Part shown: in pieces, positions 21,961 through 35,644 of the stretch
How positions within the stretch are numbered: the stretch's first letter is position 1
Layout: the number at the start of each line of letters is the position of its first letter
Assembly: GCF_902713615.1 (NCBI RefSeq)
Contig: NC_052162.1
Coordinates: forward strand, 86,095,240-86,159,239
Length of the DNA stretch: 64,000 nucleotides
Direction: 5' to 3'
Source: Scyliorhinus canicula
Taxonomy: Eukaryota
Notes under the pieces: model-generated
Database searches by the model: none
What the model saw: the letters and a program-made list of their open reading frames with translations, nothing else
What the model was told of the DNA's origin: nothing
Made by a program: the position numbers and the translations under genes

Positions 21961-23539
21961 CGAGATCTTCTAAGAAAAGGCACATTTATTTCTAAGCCTG
22001 GTGCAATGATGAAGCAGATGTGCAAATGCATCATTGTGTCACTTCTTTGTGATGTTACTGATTGGTGCTCTTCTTGGTCCGTCCCTTAATCGCTTCAAAA
22101 TTGTTCTTTGGAAGATAATGGGGAAGAAATTCAATTTGGGCGGCAGCTCAAGGCAGGAGTTAACGAATCAGAGGCCTGTTTCATAATCCATTGACATTGA
22201 TTGAAAATAAAATTGGGCAGGTACCAACCGGAAAATCCTGCCCATGGTCTGCACTATCGCTAACGACTGAACCAAACTCGTCCAAACCATGCACAATGGA
22301 TTATACAAGGCAACACTACCAGAGTGGCAATAATGGTGCCCTCATTGACATTTATCATGATCAGCCCCTGGGCGAGGTCCTCAAATTTGTCACCCTCGTC
22401 AGCTCTGTGGGAACTATCTTGGCATGAGCCCTAATTTGTCAAATTCTGGATGGGATACCCCTAAATTGTTCTGCCCCCTGGTAAGTGATGAACTCCCTTT
22501 TCTTTTATTCAACCACCTTGCCTGGTTGCAATAGGACAACTTCAAAAGGAAGTTCCTTCCTTAATAAACAACTTTTTCCCAGTCCCAATGTATTGCGTTT
22601 TAAATAGTGCCAATTTAATAAGGCTTTCTGGCGTTGCAGAAAGAGTGAGTTTATCAGCTGCTAAACGTGAGAAAAATAGTGAGAAAAGCACATGTATTCC
22701 CACAGATTAGAAATGGGAAGGGACTACAAAAATAGGTTTAAAAAAAAGAGATATACAAAAAAGTCTTTGATTTGTCCATGAGGAGTAGATTGTGGAACGT
22801 TCCAGCCGTTTGAGATTTGTGATTCTAATAGCACTGATATCTGCAGTTGAATAGTTGGTTTTGGGATTCCAGGGTTTAGCTCAGGTTCTGGTTCTGGTTC
22901 CTTTTCAGCTGTGGTTTTGCTGAATTTACTTGCTTTCAGCAATCAGATAGACAGCAAGACTTGCATTTTTACCTGCCAGAGCAGGGGTGACTATTGTTGT
23001 CTTCCCTTGCTTATGTGCCACACATTCTGAGATACCCAGTACTAGACCAAGTTTGCAGCTCCTTTTGATCCCAATCTCCTGTGTAATCATGAAAAAAGGG
23101 GAGAACCCACAACCAATTCTGAGACATAATTTGCAGGATGTGATTCCTGATAAGATGGTCAACAGCTTCCATTATCTCCAGAGGAGATTACAGTTGGTTA
23201 CTGCATGGCTTTGTGCCTTCCTGTCATAATCCATTGTGTGATAATCCATTATCTCTCAGGATTTAGTATCAATTGCACAGGAACCCCTCAGACAGTCACT
23301 GAATTTACATTCCCAGAATTTACATATTTAGCTATTCTTGATTTGCAATGAAATATTTTCATTTTGCTAGAAAAATTCAATATGTCCATTCTTAAATCAA
23401 GGATTTGCTTAATGATTGTGATACATTTGTAAAGATAGATGGAGACAATTCAATTGAGACGATCACTAAATTTTCATGAGACTATTTAATTGCCCTGCTG
23501 CACCCTTCACAAAATAAAACTTCTTACTCTTAGAATGTG

Positions 23540-23765
23540 CTGGTGACAACATCCACCATTGACAATTTTTCCTTCAGCTATCCCGGCCAAAGCTCTGGAA
23601 CATTTCCAAAAGCTCGTCCTCCCCTCTTAAGACAGGGCCTACAGTGAGCTCTTCGTCAAGATGCAAATTGGTCACCTATCTCCTGATGTGTTGTGTGCCA
23701 GATTTTCTCTCACTACTGTCCGATCAAGGTTTCACTATGTTACAGGGCCTATTTATGTGAATGCG
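23540..23765 (+). mobile_element. Old L2 3' fragment
   Basis: CCTTCAGCT..AAGCTCTGGAAC.. and a terminal TATGTTACAGGGCCTATTTATGTGAATGC resembling the L2 end at 6637. Confidence 0.45.
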
Positions 23766-24026
23766 TCTCTGATTCACTTGTCTCTCAGTCCGGAAGAAAC
23801 GGTCTCGAACACGTCCGTACATCAGAATATTCTTTATTGCGATCGGGGCAGCTCTCTAGGTATTCCGGAGAACCACCTCGGAGAGTGCCAAAGTATTGCT
23901 CAAAACATCCTTCTTTTATATGTATTATTAGGGGGCTGTCCCTTACATTCACTTGAGCTCACCCCCATTACAAAGCATAAACTTGTTTTTGCCATAGATC
24001 CAATACATGATTAACTTGTTATTGCC

Positions 24027-24260
24027 GGGCAGCACGGTGGCCTAGTGGTTAGCACAACCGCCTCACGGCGCTGAGGTCCCAGGTTCGATCCCGGCTCTAG
24101 GTCACTGTCCGTGTGGAGTTTGCACATTCTCCCCGTGTCTGCGTGGGTTTCGCCCCCACAACCCAAAAATGTGCAGAGTAGGTGGATTGGCCACGCTAAA
24201 TTGCCCCTTAATTGGAAAAAATAATTGGATAATCTAAATTTAAAAAAAAAAAAAAAAAAA
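24027..24260 (+). mobile_element. Young poly(A)-tailed V-SINE with 14-bp TSD
   Basis: AACTTGTTATTGCC at 24013-24026 and 24261-24274; about 20-nt A tail. Confidence 0.95.
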
Positions 24261-24657
24261 AACTTGTTATTGCCATAGTTTCCATACATGATTTTACAGA
24301 CTTTGAGGTTATCTATTGGCACATGAGTATATAGTAGTCTTAGCATAAACCGCAGGTGTTTAGCCATAGTTGCAAGCGGCTCCCACATTTCCTATTCCGT
24401 CATCCGGCCATCTTCCTTGTTTCTCAAGGCTATTCGGCTTACAGTCAATGAGTCGGCTCACAAATTCAGATATCAACTCACTTATCTCAACAAGTTCATC
24501 CTCCTTCAATGGCTTCAATAACAAACTCCTCTACTGGTGATTTTCCACTAATGTATCCCAATGTATCCCATTCATTCTGGCTCGTTCGAGCTATTAACCC
24601 TTGCTTCACATCCTCATTTAGATTGGAGAAGTTTTGGCCTCAGAGAAACAAAGATGG

Positions 24658-26040
24658 AGGGCGCAATTTATCGGGAAATAATGCACCATTTTTGGGTGCA
24701 TTTAGAGGGGTGTTTCTTGGTGTCTGCGGCAACGAGAGCCACCCCGCAATCAAACCGAACTCTTTTTTTTTTCTGGCCTTGGCGAGGAAAATCCTGCCGA
24801 GGCCACACTTACCTTGCCTCCTGCACTGATGAACTCAGCTTGTCCGCGCAGGAAGAGATCGGGCCACTATTTTAAAAAGTCGCCTTGATCTCTCACCACG
24901 AAATCTGGACACCCCCAGTATCCCACCTCACCTGTTAGGGGGTGAGGGCAGGGCACCCTCGGGCCCAATCCCTGGCACTGCCACTGGGCACTGAGGCAGT
25001 GCCAAGGTGCCAGGCTGGCAATGTCAAGGTCTCTAGGTAGCAGCGGGCTAGTGCTGTTACACCTGGTCCACATTTGTGTGGACCAGTTTTAAATGGCACA
25101 ATGTGAGGTCTCCCAGGCGTGGGTGTTAGTTCCGGGCCCCGGCAGTATCGAGCGGCGACCCATTTAAGTGAGCCTTACTGCTCACTTTTTAAGAATAAAT
25201 GGAGAGTACCCAATTATTTTTCTCCAATTAAGGGGCAATTTAGCGTGGCCAATTCATCAAGCCTGCACATTTTTGGGTTGTGAGGGTGGAACCCATGAAG
25301 ACACGGGGGCGGGCTCCCCTGATCCTGAGGCTAAGTGTTGACGCGTTTCTCGACGGCATCAACAAGGCCTCAGGATCAGCAATTCTCGCCCCTGCAGGGG
25401 GACAGCAGGACGCTGGAGTGGTTCACGCCGCTCCAGCTGTTGATCTGGCTGTGGAATGGGCGCCGGGGGATGCGCACATGCGCAGTGGGTCCGGCACGAT
25501 CCCGCGCATGCGCAGTCCCACCGGCGTGATTTGCGCGCATGTGCAGTGTCTCCCTTGTCCACGCCGGCCCCAACCCAACATGGCGCAGGAGTACAGGCGC
25601 CGGCGTGGAAGAAAGGAGGCCGGGAGACAGAGAGGCCGGCCCGCCGATCGGTGGGTGCCGATCGCGGGCCGGGCCACATCGAAGGCCCTCCCCCGGGGTC
25701 GGACACCCCCCCCCCCCCCCCCCCCCCCGCCACAGGCCGTCCCCGGACCCTTCAACGCCGAGGTCCCGCCGGCTCAGAGCATGTTAGAACGGCGGCGGGA
25801 CTCAGGTTTCTTTTTACGGCCGCTCGGGGGGGGGGGGGGTGGTTGGGTGGAGGCGTAGAGTGGCCCCAAACCGGCACCGTGCCAACCACGCCTGCCCCAA
25901 TTGTGCCGATTCTCCGCTCTGCGGGGTCGGAGAATCCCGTCTGTTGAGTTTACTGCTCACTTAAATATGTAAATCTGGATCACGCTCAGCGAGATCCAGA
26001 CTGCGACATATGTGTAACTGAGTCAGGCGGGATGAGGCCT
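24658..26040. mobile_element. Nested GC/CpG-rich non-autonomous DNA elements (MITE-like, probably Harbinger-related) with a SINE fragment at about 25188-25310
   Basis: GGGCGCAATTTA and GGAGAATCCCG termini resemble those at about 44421 and 60859-61050; no coding motifs. Confidence 0.5.
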
Positions 26041-26400
26041 TTCAATCACGCTAGGAGAGGAGATTTGATATAGGGGTTCAAAATCACGAGAGGCATGGCC
26101 AGAGAAGACAGGGGGAAATTGTTCCCATTGGTCACAAACCAGATTGGCAAAAGAACCAGACATGACATAAGTAAATAGTTTTCACACAGCAAGTGGGTAG
26201 GATCTGGAATGCGCTGCCTGAGAGTGTGGTGGTTGGAGGCAGATTCAATCATGGCTTTCAATAGGACATTTGCTAATTATCTGAAGAGGAAAAATGAGCT
26301 GTCGAATTGCAGGAAATAGGCAAGAGTGTGTGACTAGCTTGCTTGGGTACGAAGGGCTGAATGGCTTCTTTCTCTGCTGGAAGCATTCAATAATTCAATA
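26040..26400 (+). mobile_element. Old CR1 3' end
   Basis: GAGGAGATTTGATA..GGAATGCGCTGCCTGAGAG..GGGCTGAATGGCTTCTT. Confidence 0.75.
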
Positions 26401-26403
26401 AGC

Positions 26404-26696
26404 GTTCGGTTCCCGGCTTGGGTCACTGTCTGTGCGGAGTCTGCACATCCTCCCCGTGTGTGCGTGGGTTTCCTCCGGGTGCTCCGGTTTCCTCCCACAG
26501 TCCAAAGATATGCAGATTAGGTGGATTGGCCATGATAAATTGCCCTTAGTGTCCAAAATAGCCCTTAGTGTTGGGTGGGGTTACTGGGTTATGGGGATAG
26601 GGTGGAGGTGTTGACCTCGGGTAGGATGCTCTTTCCAAGAGCCGGTGCAGACTCGATGGGCCGAGTGGCCTCCTTCTGCATTGTAAATTCTATGAT
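26404..26696 (+). mobile_element. 5'-truncated HE1-like V-SINE
   Basis: Starts at the B box; nearly identical to 4550-4850. Confidence 0.9.
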
Positions 26697-28519
26697 AATA
26701 AGCAGCGCTCCTGCTGAAAGGCTTGCTGAGATTGCTGCATCCCTCAGCTATTTATTGCATTTGCTTCGCACGTTACATGCTTCAGTTTCGATGCTGCTCC
26801 CCGCAGCTAATATTAATGTTATAACCTTATTTCCTCCCTATTTAATTTTTCCATTCAGTTAAAATAAAAGGCCGCAATGCAATTAGGTATTAAAAATATA
26901 TAATTGAATTGGACTTTGATGCCTTGCTGGCTGAATTAGATAAAAGGATTGGAACGTAGCCCTGGATTTAAAAATAGTGCTGCCCGTAACCTTGAGACAA
27001 TTATTGAGGCACCTCATTAACTACGGCCTACTGGGGGCCTGAAAAGATTAACAAATGGATAAGACTCTCCAAACTCAGTGTATTCAGAGATCGGCAACAA
27101 ACGCTGGTCCAGCCAGTAACGCCTACATCCCATGAAAGCCTAAAAAAATGTTGTTCCTAAGAAATTTTGCTCTCTTTACCACATAATTTTAGCCTCCTCT
27201 TTGTGAGCTTAATTTTGCATTTGTGAAGAAAGTTTGCAACACAACCTTTCATAATGGACAAGATTTTAAAGTACACTTTAAGACACTTGGGATGTTGGCT
27301 TCGATGGCAACACCAGCATTTACTGATGATGCATTCTGCTAACAGGTTGTGTCGAATAGCTGAGAGTTTGACGATGCAGTATAGATGATTATATTTTGTT
27401 TCTTAATGACTTGAGCAGTGAAAGAGTATTGGTTGACCATGCGAGGGAGATTGACCATTTTAATAGCGTTCCAATTTGTTCTTGCAATGACACAGAGAGG
27501 AATGTGTCCCATTCAATTTACTTCTAATAGTGTAAATTTCAGGGTTTATCACGAACATCAGGAAAACTTTAGTATCGACTTGGCAGGCTACCATGCAGTC
27601 CTACATCATTTAATCTATTCCACTTTGCGTGAGTGAAATGTAGGTCTTGTTCTCTATCTGCCCAGGAATACTAATCTTTTCACCTCAACAGCTTGATTAA
27701 AAACATTTTAGAAATTTTAAACAAACTTGACAGAAGACCTTCTTCAATCAAGCTATCATTGGCTTTTGATCGTCAATAGATACAGAGCAACATTATGTTG
27801 GTCATATCGCTGAAGCACGAAAAGCAATGCGTCACCTCGCTAACCGATAACAAAAACCTTGCCTTCTAGTCCAGTACGAGGGGCTTACATGATTCATGTT
27901 CATGGTACGAGCCCACAAAAACACCCACTTAGAGATGTTGTAAGGGTGACTTCTCTGCTCTTCCCCAGTAGCATAGCTGGATGCAGTTTATCGTGCAAGA
28001 CTTCATGGATTGAGTTTACATTTTATGCTATTGTTTTGAGTTATATGCAGATTTCTACTGCTTGCTCATGTTCACTAGGAACAGGACTGAGGCAATCCAA
28101 ATTCATTTTGTGCAAACTGTCACAATCAGCAGACAGATTTCCATCAATCCAAATCAAGAAGTCTAATTCTTGCAAAGGAAGGTTTCGATTTTCAATACAG
28201 TAACCAACACGAAATAAAGGAAGGTGCCAACCCAAAAATACAGTGCAATCTTTTTCCCCCAGATTTTTTGAACACTGAAAATGGAGAGCACTCCAATTGC
28301 ACACATGAATGGCCACATACCGGCTTTATTGACATATCCGTGGAAAATGCACAGGATCCCTCAGAGATGTGCAGCATCATCGGGACTTTCAGATTCTGTG
28401 ATTCTTGTTGCTAGGACTTGTAAACTGAATAATCAGCTGGAAATCCAATATGGAACTGCAACTCGCAATATATTATACAATGGGCAAAATTTTCAGTTTT
28501 TTTAACTACAGATCGTTTT

Positions 28520-28853
28520 CATAGAATCTGCAGTGCCGAAGGAGGCTACTCGGCGCATCGAATCTGCACCGGCCCTTACGAAGAGCACCCTACTCAAGCC
28601 CATGTAGCTACTCTACCCCGTAACCCAGTAACCCCCTCTTAACCTTTTTTTTGGACACTTAGGGCAATTTATCATGGCCAATCTACCTAACCCGCACATC
28701 TTTGGAGGTGGGAGGAAACCCACGCAGACACGGGGAGAACGTGCAGACTCCGCACAGTGACCCAAGCTGCAAAGCGCACCTGGGACCCTGGAGCTGTGAA
28801 GCAACTGTGCTAACCACTATGCTACCGTGCTGCCCTACTATGCTACCGTGCTG
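28520..28853 (-). mobile_element. HE1-like V-SINE with tandemly duplicated 5' end
   Basis: ACTATGCTACCGTGCTG occurs twice at about 28816-28853. Confidence 0.85.
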
Positions 28854-29424
28854 TCTGTTTTGGGAAGAAAACGTGGCGAGTAACCCGCTGGCTCCACTAA
28901 CCGCGTTCCCTGCCATATTTTTCAAACAAGTAGTTGAACAAAACGCTGGGGATAGGTGACGCCCTGTGGCGCTGGCAGAGCGGTCTCTTCCAGCAAACTC
29001 CGCTTTCAAGAGTGCGCCCTGATCTCACACAAATAAAAATAAAGAGAAGCCCCCTCCCATGCACAGAGGGCCCCGCCCCATGTGTGCACACGGGTAAACC
29101 CTCCCCAAAAGACACATGGAACACCTAACCGCCCCCGCGGATCTTCCCAAACGAAGTCATTCCCCAGCACTGTCACTGCCCCTTGGCATTGATGCCTGGC
29201 ACCGTCTAGTGGCACAGGGCAGTCCTGGAGGCAGCCTAAGGCGGTCAGGATATTACCCGGACATGAACCCCTCCTCCCCAGGGGGCTTACTTACCTATGC
29301 GGCCCCGACTGGTTCTCTTTGCCATTTCCCCTATTGGGGGAAAATACAAATGTGGGTGGTGGATGCAGCAGGGAAGCCTGCGAATAATATTCAGACGTAT
29401 TTAAATATGGACACGTACTCCTAA

Positions 29425-29652
29425 AGAATACACAGCTGATTAATAACATCTAAACTACACTCATCTACAGCTAATCTCACTGCTGGTTTAAACTATGCTC
29501 TGTACTCACTTACACTATCGGTACCTCTGACTCTCACCAGCAAACTCCTGTGCACACACTCCCACAGGGCCTTATATAGTTGTGGCGCCCTCTAGTGGCT
29601 GCTCTCGACTATTCATTAACCCTTGCAGTTCTGACAGTTATGATAATACCAC
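29425..29652 (-). mobile_element. Probable partial solo LTR
   Basis: Ends ..TACCACA (TGTGGTA on the - strand, like the other solo LTRs); TATATAAG(-) at about 29570-29578. The other end is not resolved. Confidence 0.5.
29583..29599 (-). promoter_or_regulatory. CTCF-like motif
   Basis: - strand GCCACTAGAGGGCGCCA matches the canonical CTCF core. Confidence 0.55.
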
Positions 29653-29740
29653 ACTGCCCAATAAAACCGGCGGGGTGGGGGGTCATAAAATTCCAGCTGA
29701 TATCTATAAGTTCTAATCTATAATATCTATAATATTTATT

Positions 29741-29845
29741 GGGCCGCACGGTAGCACAATGGTTAGCACTATGGCTTCACAACGCCAGGGTCCCACGTTC
29801 GCTTCTCGGCTTGGGTCACTGTCTGTTCTCCCCGTGTCTGCGTAG
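29741..29845 (+). mobile_element. V-SINE 5' half, split by the Gmr1-like insertion
   Basis: Stops at ..GTGTCTGCGTAG and resumes as GTGGGTTCCCTCCGGG at 36242. Confidence 0.9.
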
Positions 29846-30418
29846 TATTATGGGCCAGGGTTTAGAGAACCCCGAAGTGTATCATGGAGTTCACCTGACC
29901 CACAACTTTTAATAGATTGTGGTATGGGGAGCACACAGCCCACTCCACAGGTGTGGGATAGCAGAAATCAAAAAGTATTTTTTTTAAAGCAAAACAGTGT
30001 TTATTTTATGAACTCAAATTAACCTTTTTAAAACATACAGTGAACATCTTAGCAAGCATTAATTCAAATACAATCCCCAATGAATACAACACTAAGTAAT
30101 CCTTAATACCTTCCCAAACAACATCCAGAAGACAAAAGAAACACATGTTAACAGAAGCACATTAGGTTTACATTCACTACTGAGAATATTTATAATTCTG
30201 AATTTATCAAATGATCAAGAGATAGTCTTTTCATGGCAGAGAGATCAACAGTACACCTGTTTTGTCTGGCTTCAGCTCCAACACTGAAAAAAAACCTAAA
30301 ACACACTCTGCAGCAAACAGCCTAAAACAAAAGTAAAAAGCTGACAGACAGCCCAGCTCCATCCACACTCTGACATCACTGATAAACACCCATTTCTTAA
30401 AGGTACTCTCACATGACA
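29846..30418 (-). repeat. 3' LTR of Gmr1-like element
   Basis: Direct repeat of 35645-36241. Confidence 0.95.
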
Positions 30419-33206
30419 CCTCCGCCCAAGAAAAAAAAATAAACCATCAACATCAAGATGGTTTCATTTTCCACCTTTTCACTATCCTTTAAGAAATACA
30501 TACAGTAAAGATGCTTTTCCGTTTCAAAAAACAACGCACACAAACAGGTACAATAATATCGTCAATTTTCTTTTTCTTCTTCCTCCAACTGGAATCCCTC
30601 TAAATTGAACAAGAAGGTCTCTGTACGATCCATGCATTCCTCTATGCCTCGGCATTTCTCTTTAAAGTCAGATACTTTAGTTCAATCTGATCACAGAGAC
30701 CCTTGTAATTCTCCAACACAGGAGCAGTGACTATCACAGCTTTCAGGCAGTCAAATGCCTGTTGACACTCGGCTGTCCACTGAAATTTTCAACGTGTATT
30801 CAGCAGGTCAATCAGTGGAGCAACCACACAATAAAAACTTTTCACAAATGTTCGATCAAATCGACTCATGCCATGAAATCGCATTATTTCCCTTCGTCTT
30901 GAGGGTATCGGAAACTCCTCAATAACTGTTGAGTTCACATCTCAACAGTTATTGACCATTCGACACCGTCCATTTGTATGTCTATTTGTATACTTGGGCT
31001 TTCCCAAATTCACTTTTGGCTAGGTTTATCACCAAACTCGCCTCCTGAAGTCAATCGAATAACTCCATCAGATGTTTTCAATGTTCTTTCCATGTCTGGC
31101 TGAAAATTATCAGATCGTCGATGTATACCGCACAATTGGGTAATCCTGAAATGACTTTGTTAGTTAACCGTTGAAATGTGGCTGGGGTGTTTTTCATGCC
31201 AAATGGGCATAACTTTGAATTGGTATATACCATCTGGAGTCAGAAAAGCTGAAATCTCCTTCGCCCTTTCAAATAAAGGTACCTGCCAGTAACCTTTAAG
31301 TAAATCCAATTTGGAAACAAAAGCTGATTGTCGCACTTTCTCAATTGAATCCTCCAAACGTGGGATAGGATAAGAGTTCATTTTTGTAACTGCATTAACC
31401 TTTCTGTAGTCCACACACCGTTGGGTACCGTCTGGTTTTGGTACCATCATTATGGGTGAGCTCCATTGGCTGCAACCCACTTCAATTATGCCCTTTTTAA
31501 GCATACTCTCAATCTCTTTGTTAACCTGTGCCAATTTTGTGTGGATGTTGTTTGATTGGAACAGCCTTTCCCACATCTACATCATGTATAACCATTTTAG
31601 ACTTCACAATTTATCTCCACAAACATGCCCACTTGATATCAATAACTCTTTCAGGTCAGTTTGTTTTTCCTCTGGAAGGCAACTCAACAATTTATCCCAA
31701 TTTTTAAGAACATCCTTATTTTCCAATTTAATTTGAGGTATGTCAAATTTCAAGTCATGTGGATTTGGTTTGTCACTTTGAGTTAGAATCATTAAAACCT
31801 CCTTTTTTTCTCCTTCCCTTTCAAAGTACCTTTTAAGCATATTCACATGACACACTCGGTGAGCCTTCCTTCTATCTGGTGTTTTTACCGCATAATTCAC
31901 CTCACCTAATTTTCTTTCAATATGATAAAGTCCACAAAACCTAGCTTTTAAAGGTTCACCTACCACTGGTAACAACGCTAAAACTTTATCTCCAATGGCA
32001 ACACTACGAACTTTGGATTTCTTGTCCACTACCCGTTTCATCACATTTTATGCAACTTTTAAATGTTGTCTAGCCAATTCACCTGCTCTAATTAATTGTT
32101 CCCTAAAATTTGACACGTAATCCAATAATGTAATTTCTGATTTCTCACTCACCACTTTTTCCTCACCAAAAATTAGTTCAAAAGGACTGAATCTGGTTGA
32201 CTCATTAGGTGCATCCCAAATTGCAAACAGTACAAATGGAATTCCTTTATCCCAATCCACTGGATAATCTTGACAATAAGCCCTCAACATTGTCTTTAAT
32301 GTCTGTTGCCAACTTTCTAATGCTCCTTGCGATTCTGGATGGTACGCAGTTCATATAAATTGTTTTATTCCGAAGCTATCCATAACTTCTTTGAGTAACC
32401 AGGAGGTAAAATTTGATCCTTGATCCGATTGTATTTCTGTGGGTAGTCCATATCTAGTAAAGAATTGAAGTAACTCCACAATCTTTTTAGCTGTAATATT
32501 ACGTACTGGAATGGCCTGTGGAAACTTAGTAGATACATCCATTATTGTCAAAAGATATTGATTCCCACTTTTTGTTTTCGGAAGCGGTCCTACACAATCA
32601 ATTAGGACCCTTGCAAAAGGTTCCTCAAATACTGGAATGGGTATTAAGGGCGTTGGTTTTAACACTGCTTGAGGTTTTCCTATCACTTGACATGTATGAC
32701 ATGATTGACAAAATTTAACTACATCTTTATGTAGTCCAGGCCAATAAAAATGTTTTTATATTTTAGCTTGAGTTTTCTTGATTCCCAAATGACCTCCCAC
32801 TGGTTCCTCATGTGCAACTCCGAACACCTCCTTTCTATACTCTACCAGCAATACTACTTGATGAACTTCTGCCCACTTTTCATCCACCTGCATATGTAAA
32901 GGTCTCCATTTTCTCATCAAGACATCACTTTTACAGTAATAACACTCTGTATCTACTCAGATTCCTCTTCCGTGTATGCTTTCTGATACATCCATTTGAT
33001 TTCTACATATTTCTGTTGTAACTCCGCCAATTTTCCCGAACTAAAGATATCTGCTCCATCCTCCACCTGTTCTTTTCCAACCATCTGATCAAAAATCATT
33101 TCTGATAATTGCACTTCACCTTTATCTTCACTCTCTGATTTCCTCTCTTGTCTTAACCTGTGACTTTGCAACCTTGTTACTACACAATCTGGAAACATCC
33201 CAGGAT

Positions 33207-33758
33207 TTACTGCGTACAGTTATGGTCGCCACATTACTAAAAGGATGTGGATGCTTTGGAGAATGTGCAGAGGAGGTTCACCAGGATGTTGCCTGGTATG
33301 GAGGGCGCTAGCTATGAAGAGAGGTTGAGTAGATTAGGATTATTTTCATTAGAAAGACGGAGGTTGAGGGGGGGGGGGATCTCATTGAGGTCTACAAAAT
33401 CATGAGAGGTATAGACAGGGTGGATTGCAAAAAACTTTTTCCCAGAGTGGGGACACAATTACTAGGGGTCACGAGTTCAAGGTGAGAGGGGAAAAGTTTC
33501 AGGGAGATATGCGTGGAAAGTTCTTTACCCAGAGGGTGGTGGGTGCCTGGAACGCATTGCTGGCGGAGGTGGTAGAGGCCGGCACGATAGCATCATTTAA
33601 GATGTATGGAGACAGATACATGAATGGACAGGGAGCAGAGGGATACAGATCCTTAGAAAATAGGTGACAGTTTTAGATAGAGGATCTGAATCGGCGGAGG
33701 CTTGGAGGGCCGAAGGGCCTGTTCCTGTGATGTAAGTTTTCTTTGTTCTTTGTTCTTT
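33207..33758 (+). mobile_element. 5'-truncated CR1 LINE inserted in Gmr1 pol
   Basis: FFTQRVVGAWNAL motif and (TTTGTTC)n tail; host sequence rejoins with a GAT duplication. Confidence 0.9.
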
Positions 33759-35644
33759 GATATTCGCCCTAAAAACACTTCAGTTGTCTGATTTTGCACT
33801 GGTGTATCGACCACAGTAGGCATCACTCCCACCTGCAATCCAGCTATATCATTACCCAAGCTAAACTGTATTCCTGGACAAGATAGTTTCTCTATTACTC
33901 CTACTAGCACTTCACCACTCTTCAATGGACTTTCCAACCTTACTTTATAATAATAGAACACTACTCCTCTCACCCTGACTTCCACATATCACCGCATTTT
34001 CTAGCAATAGTCGTCCCAAACTACATAACTCCTCATCTCTTACCATTAAAGATTGACTAGCTGCCATATCTCTTAAAATTGTGACTTCTTTACCTGCTCC
34101 TCCTGATACACATGAGTAAACTTTACCCACACAAGTACATTTTTAAAGAGATCTGGCACCTTCTTATCAATCACCTCTTGATCAGGCTGTAAAATCTTTT
34201 GCACCTCCTTTGCTTCACTTGGGCTTTCCTTTGCCACTTTAACAAACCCCACTGTCTTATCCTGTTTTACCACATCAGCCTTTGCAGTGCTTTTCTTCAA
34301 CCACCAACACTGTGACTTTACATGACCTAGTTTATTTAGTGAAAACATTTGAAATTTTTCATTTCTTTTCCACCCTCCGAGATTTCTTTTTTAATCTGAG
34401 GTACACTCTCCTTATTACCTCCCACCTGATCGCCTTTACCTTTACCACTTGAGTATTTCTCATGTCCCCAGTTTCTATCCCTCACAGGCTGAAACTGACG
34501 TTAGAAACCAAGCTTTGATTTATGAACTAATTCATAATCGTCTGCCATTTCTGCTGCTTTAACCCTCTGCTCTTCCACATGAGTTCTCATTAAACAGGAA
34601 TTGAATTTTTAAACTCCAAAAGTATAATTTCTCTGAGAGCTTCATACACTTGGTCTATTTTCAAAGCCCTTATCCACCTATCAAAATTACTCTGTTTGAG
34701 CCTTTCAAATTCCATATATGTTTGACCAAATTCTTTCCTTAAATTCTAAACCTTTGTCTGTAGGCTTCAGGCACTAGTTCATATGCACCTAAGATGGATT
34801 TTTTTCATCTCCTCATACATCCCAGATACCTCCTCCGGTAGTGATGCAAACACTTCACTAGCCCTATCTATCAGCTTTGTTTGAATCAGTAATACCCACA
34901 TGTCCTGTGGCCATTTCATTTGTTTAGCCACCTTCTCAAATGAAATGAAAAAGGCTTCCACCTTCTCATCAAAACTTGGCAATGCTTGGACATATTTAAA
35001 TAGATCCCCACCAAGCCTTCGAATTTGACGCTCTTTCTCACTATCCTCATCACTATCATCCAACTGTTTCCCTTTACATCTGCCAATTTTAACTGACTGT
35101 CATGTTTCATGGCCATTTTCTGCAGTTCAAACTCTCTCTATCTTTTCCCCGATCTATATCTCCCTTTCTCTTTCTTTTTGTTCTGCGTGGGCTATTCTTT
35201 CTTTTCTCCTTTCTTCTCTCTCCTTTTCTTTTTCCTCTCTTTCATATTCAAGCTGCTTTAATTCTTTCTCATGTTCCATTTGTTTAAGTTGTAACTGAAG
35301 TTTTGCCATTTCCAATGAGTCAAACTGTATCTCAGGCAACTTTAAATGCTTAGCCACCACCTTAATTACCCCATCTATTCGCATTTTTTCAGGTAATGTT
35401 AACTGCAATGTTTTTGCCAAATCTACCAATCTGCTTTTAGTCTCTGCCCGTAAGGTACTGCGTGTGACCGTCTCCACCCCCAAAAATTCAGAGCATCTGA
35501 AAGAGCCATTGTCCAAAACATACTCCCTACTTAAACTGAAATACCACACCTGAAAAGCAACCACAATATGCTCACTCCTCACTGTCTTTAAGTTCAGTCA
35601 GCCAATCCAATAGATCGACTTCTATCCTGGACAAGCCCCCAATT

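Noticed and set aside
25280-25947. Overlapping GC-rich ORFs or CpG-island promoter
   Set aside because: Lies within MITE-like repeat sequence; ORFs on both strands with no recognisable motifs.
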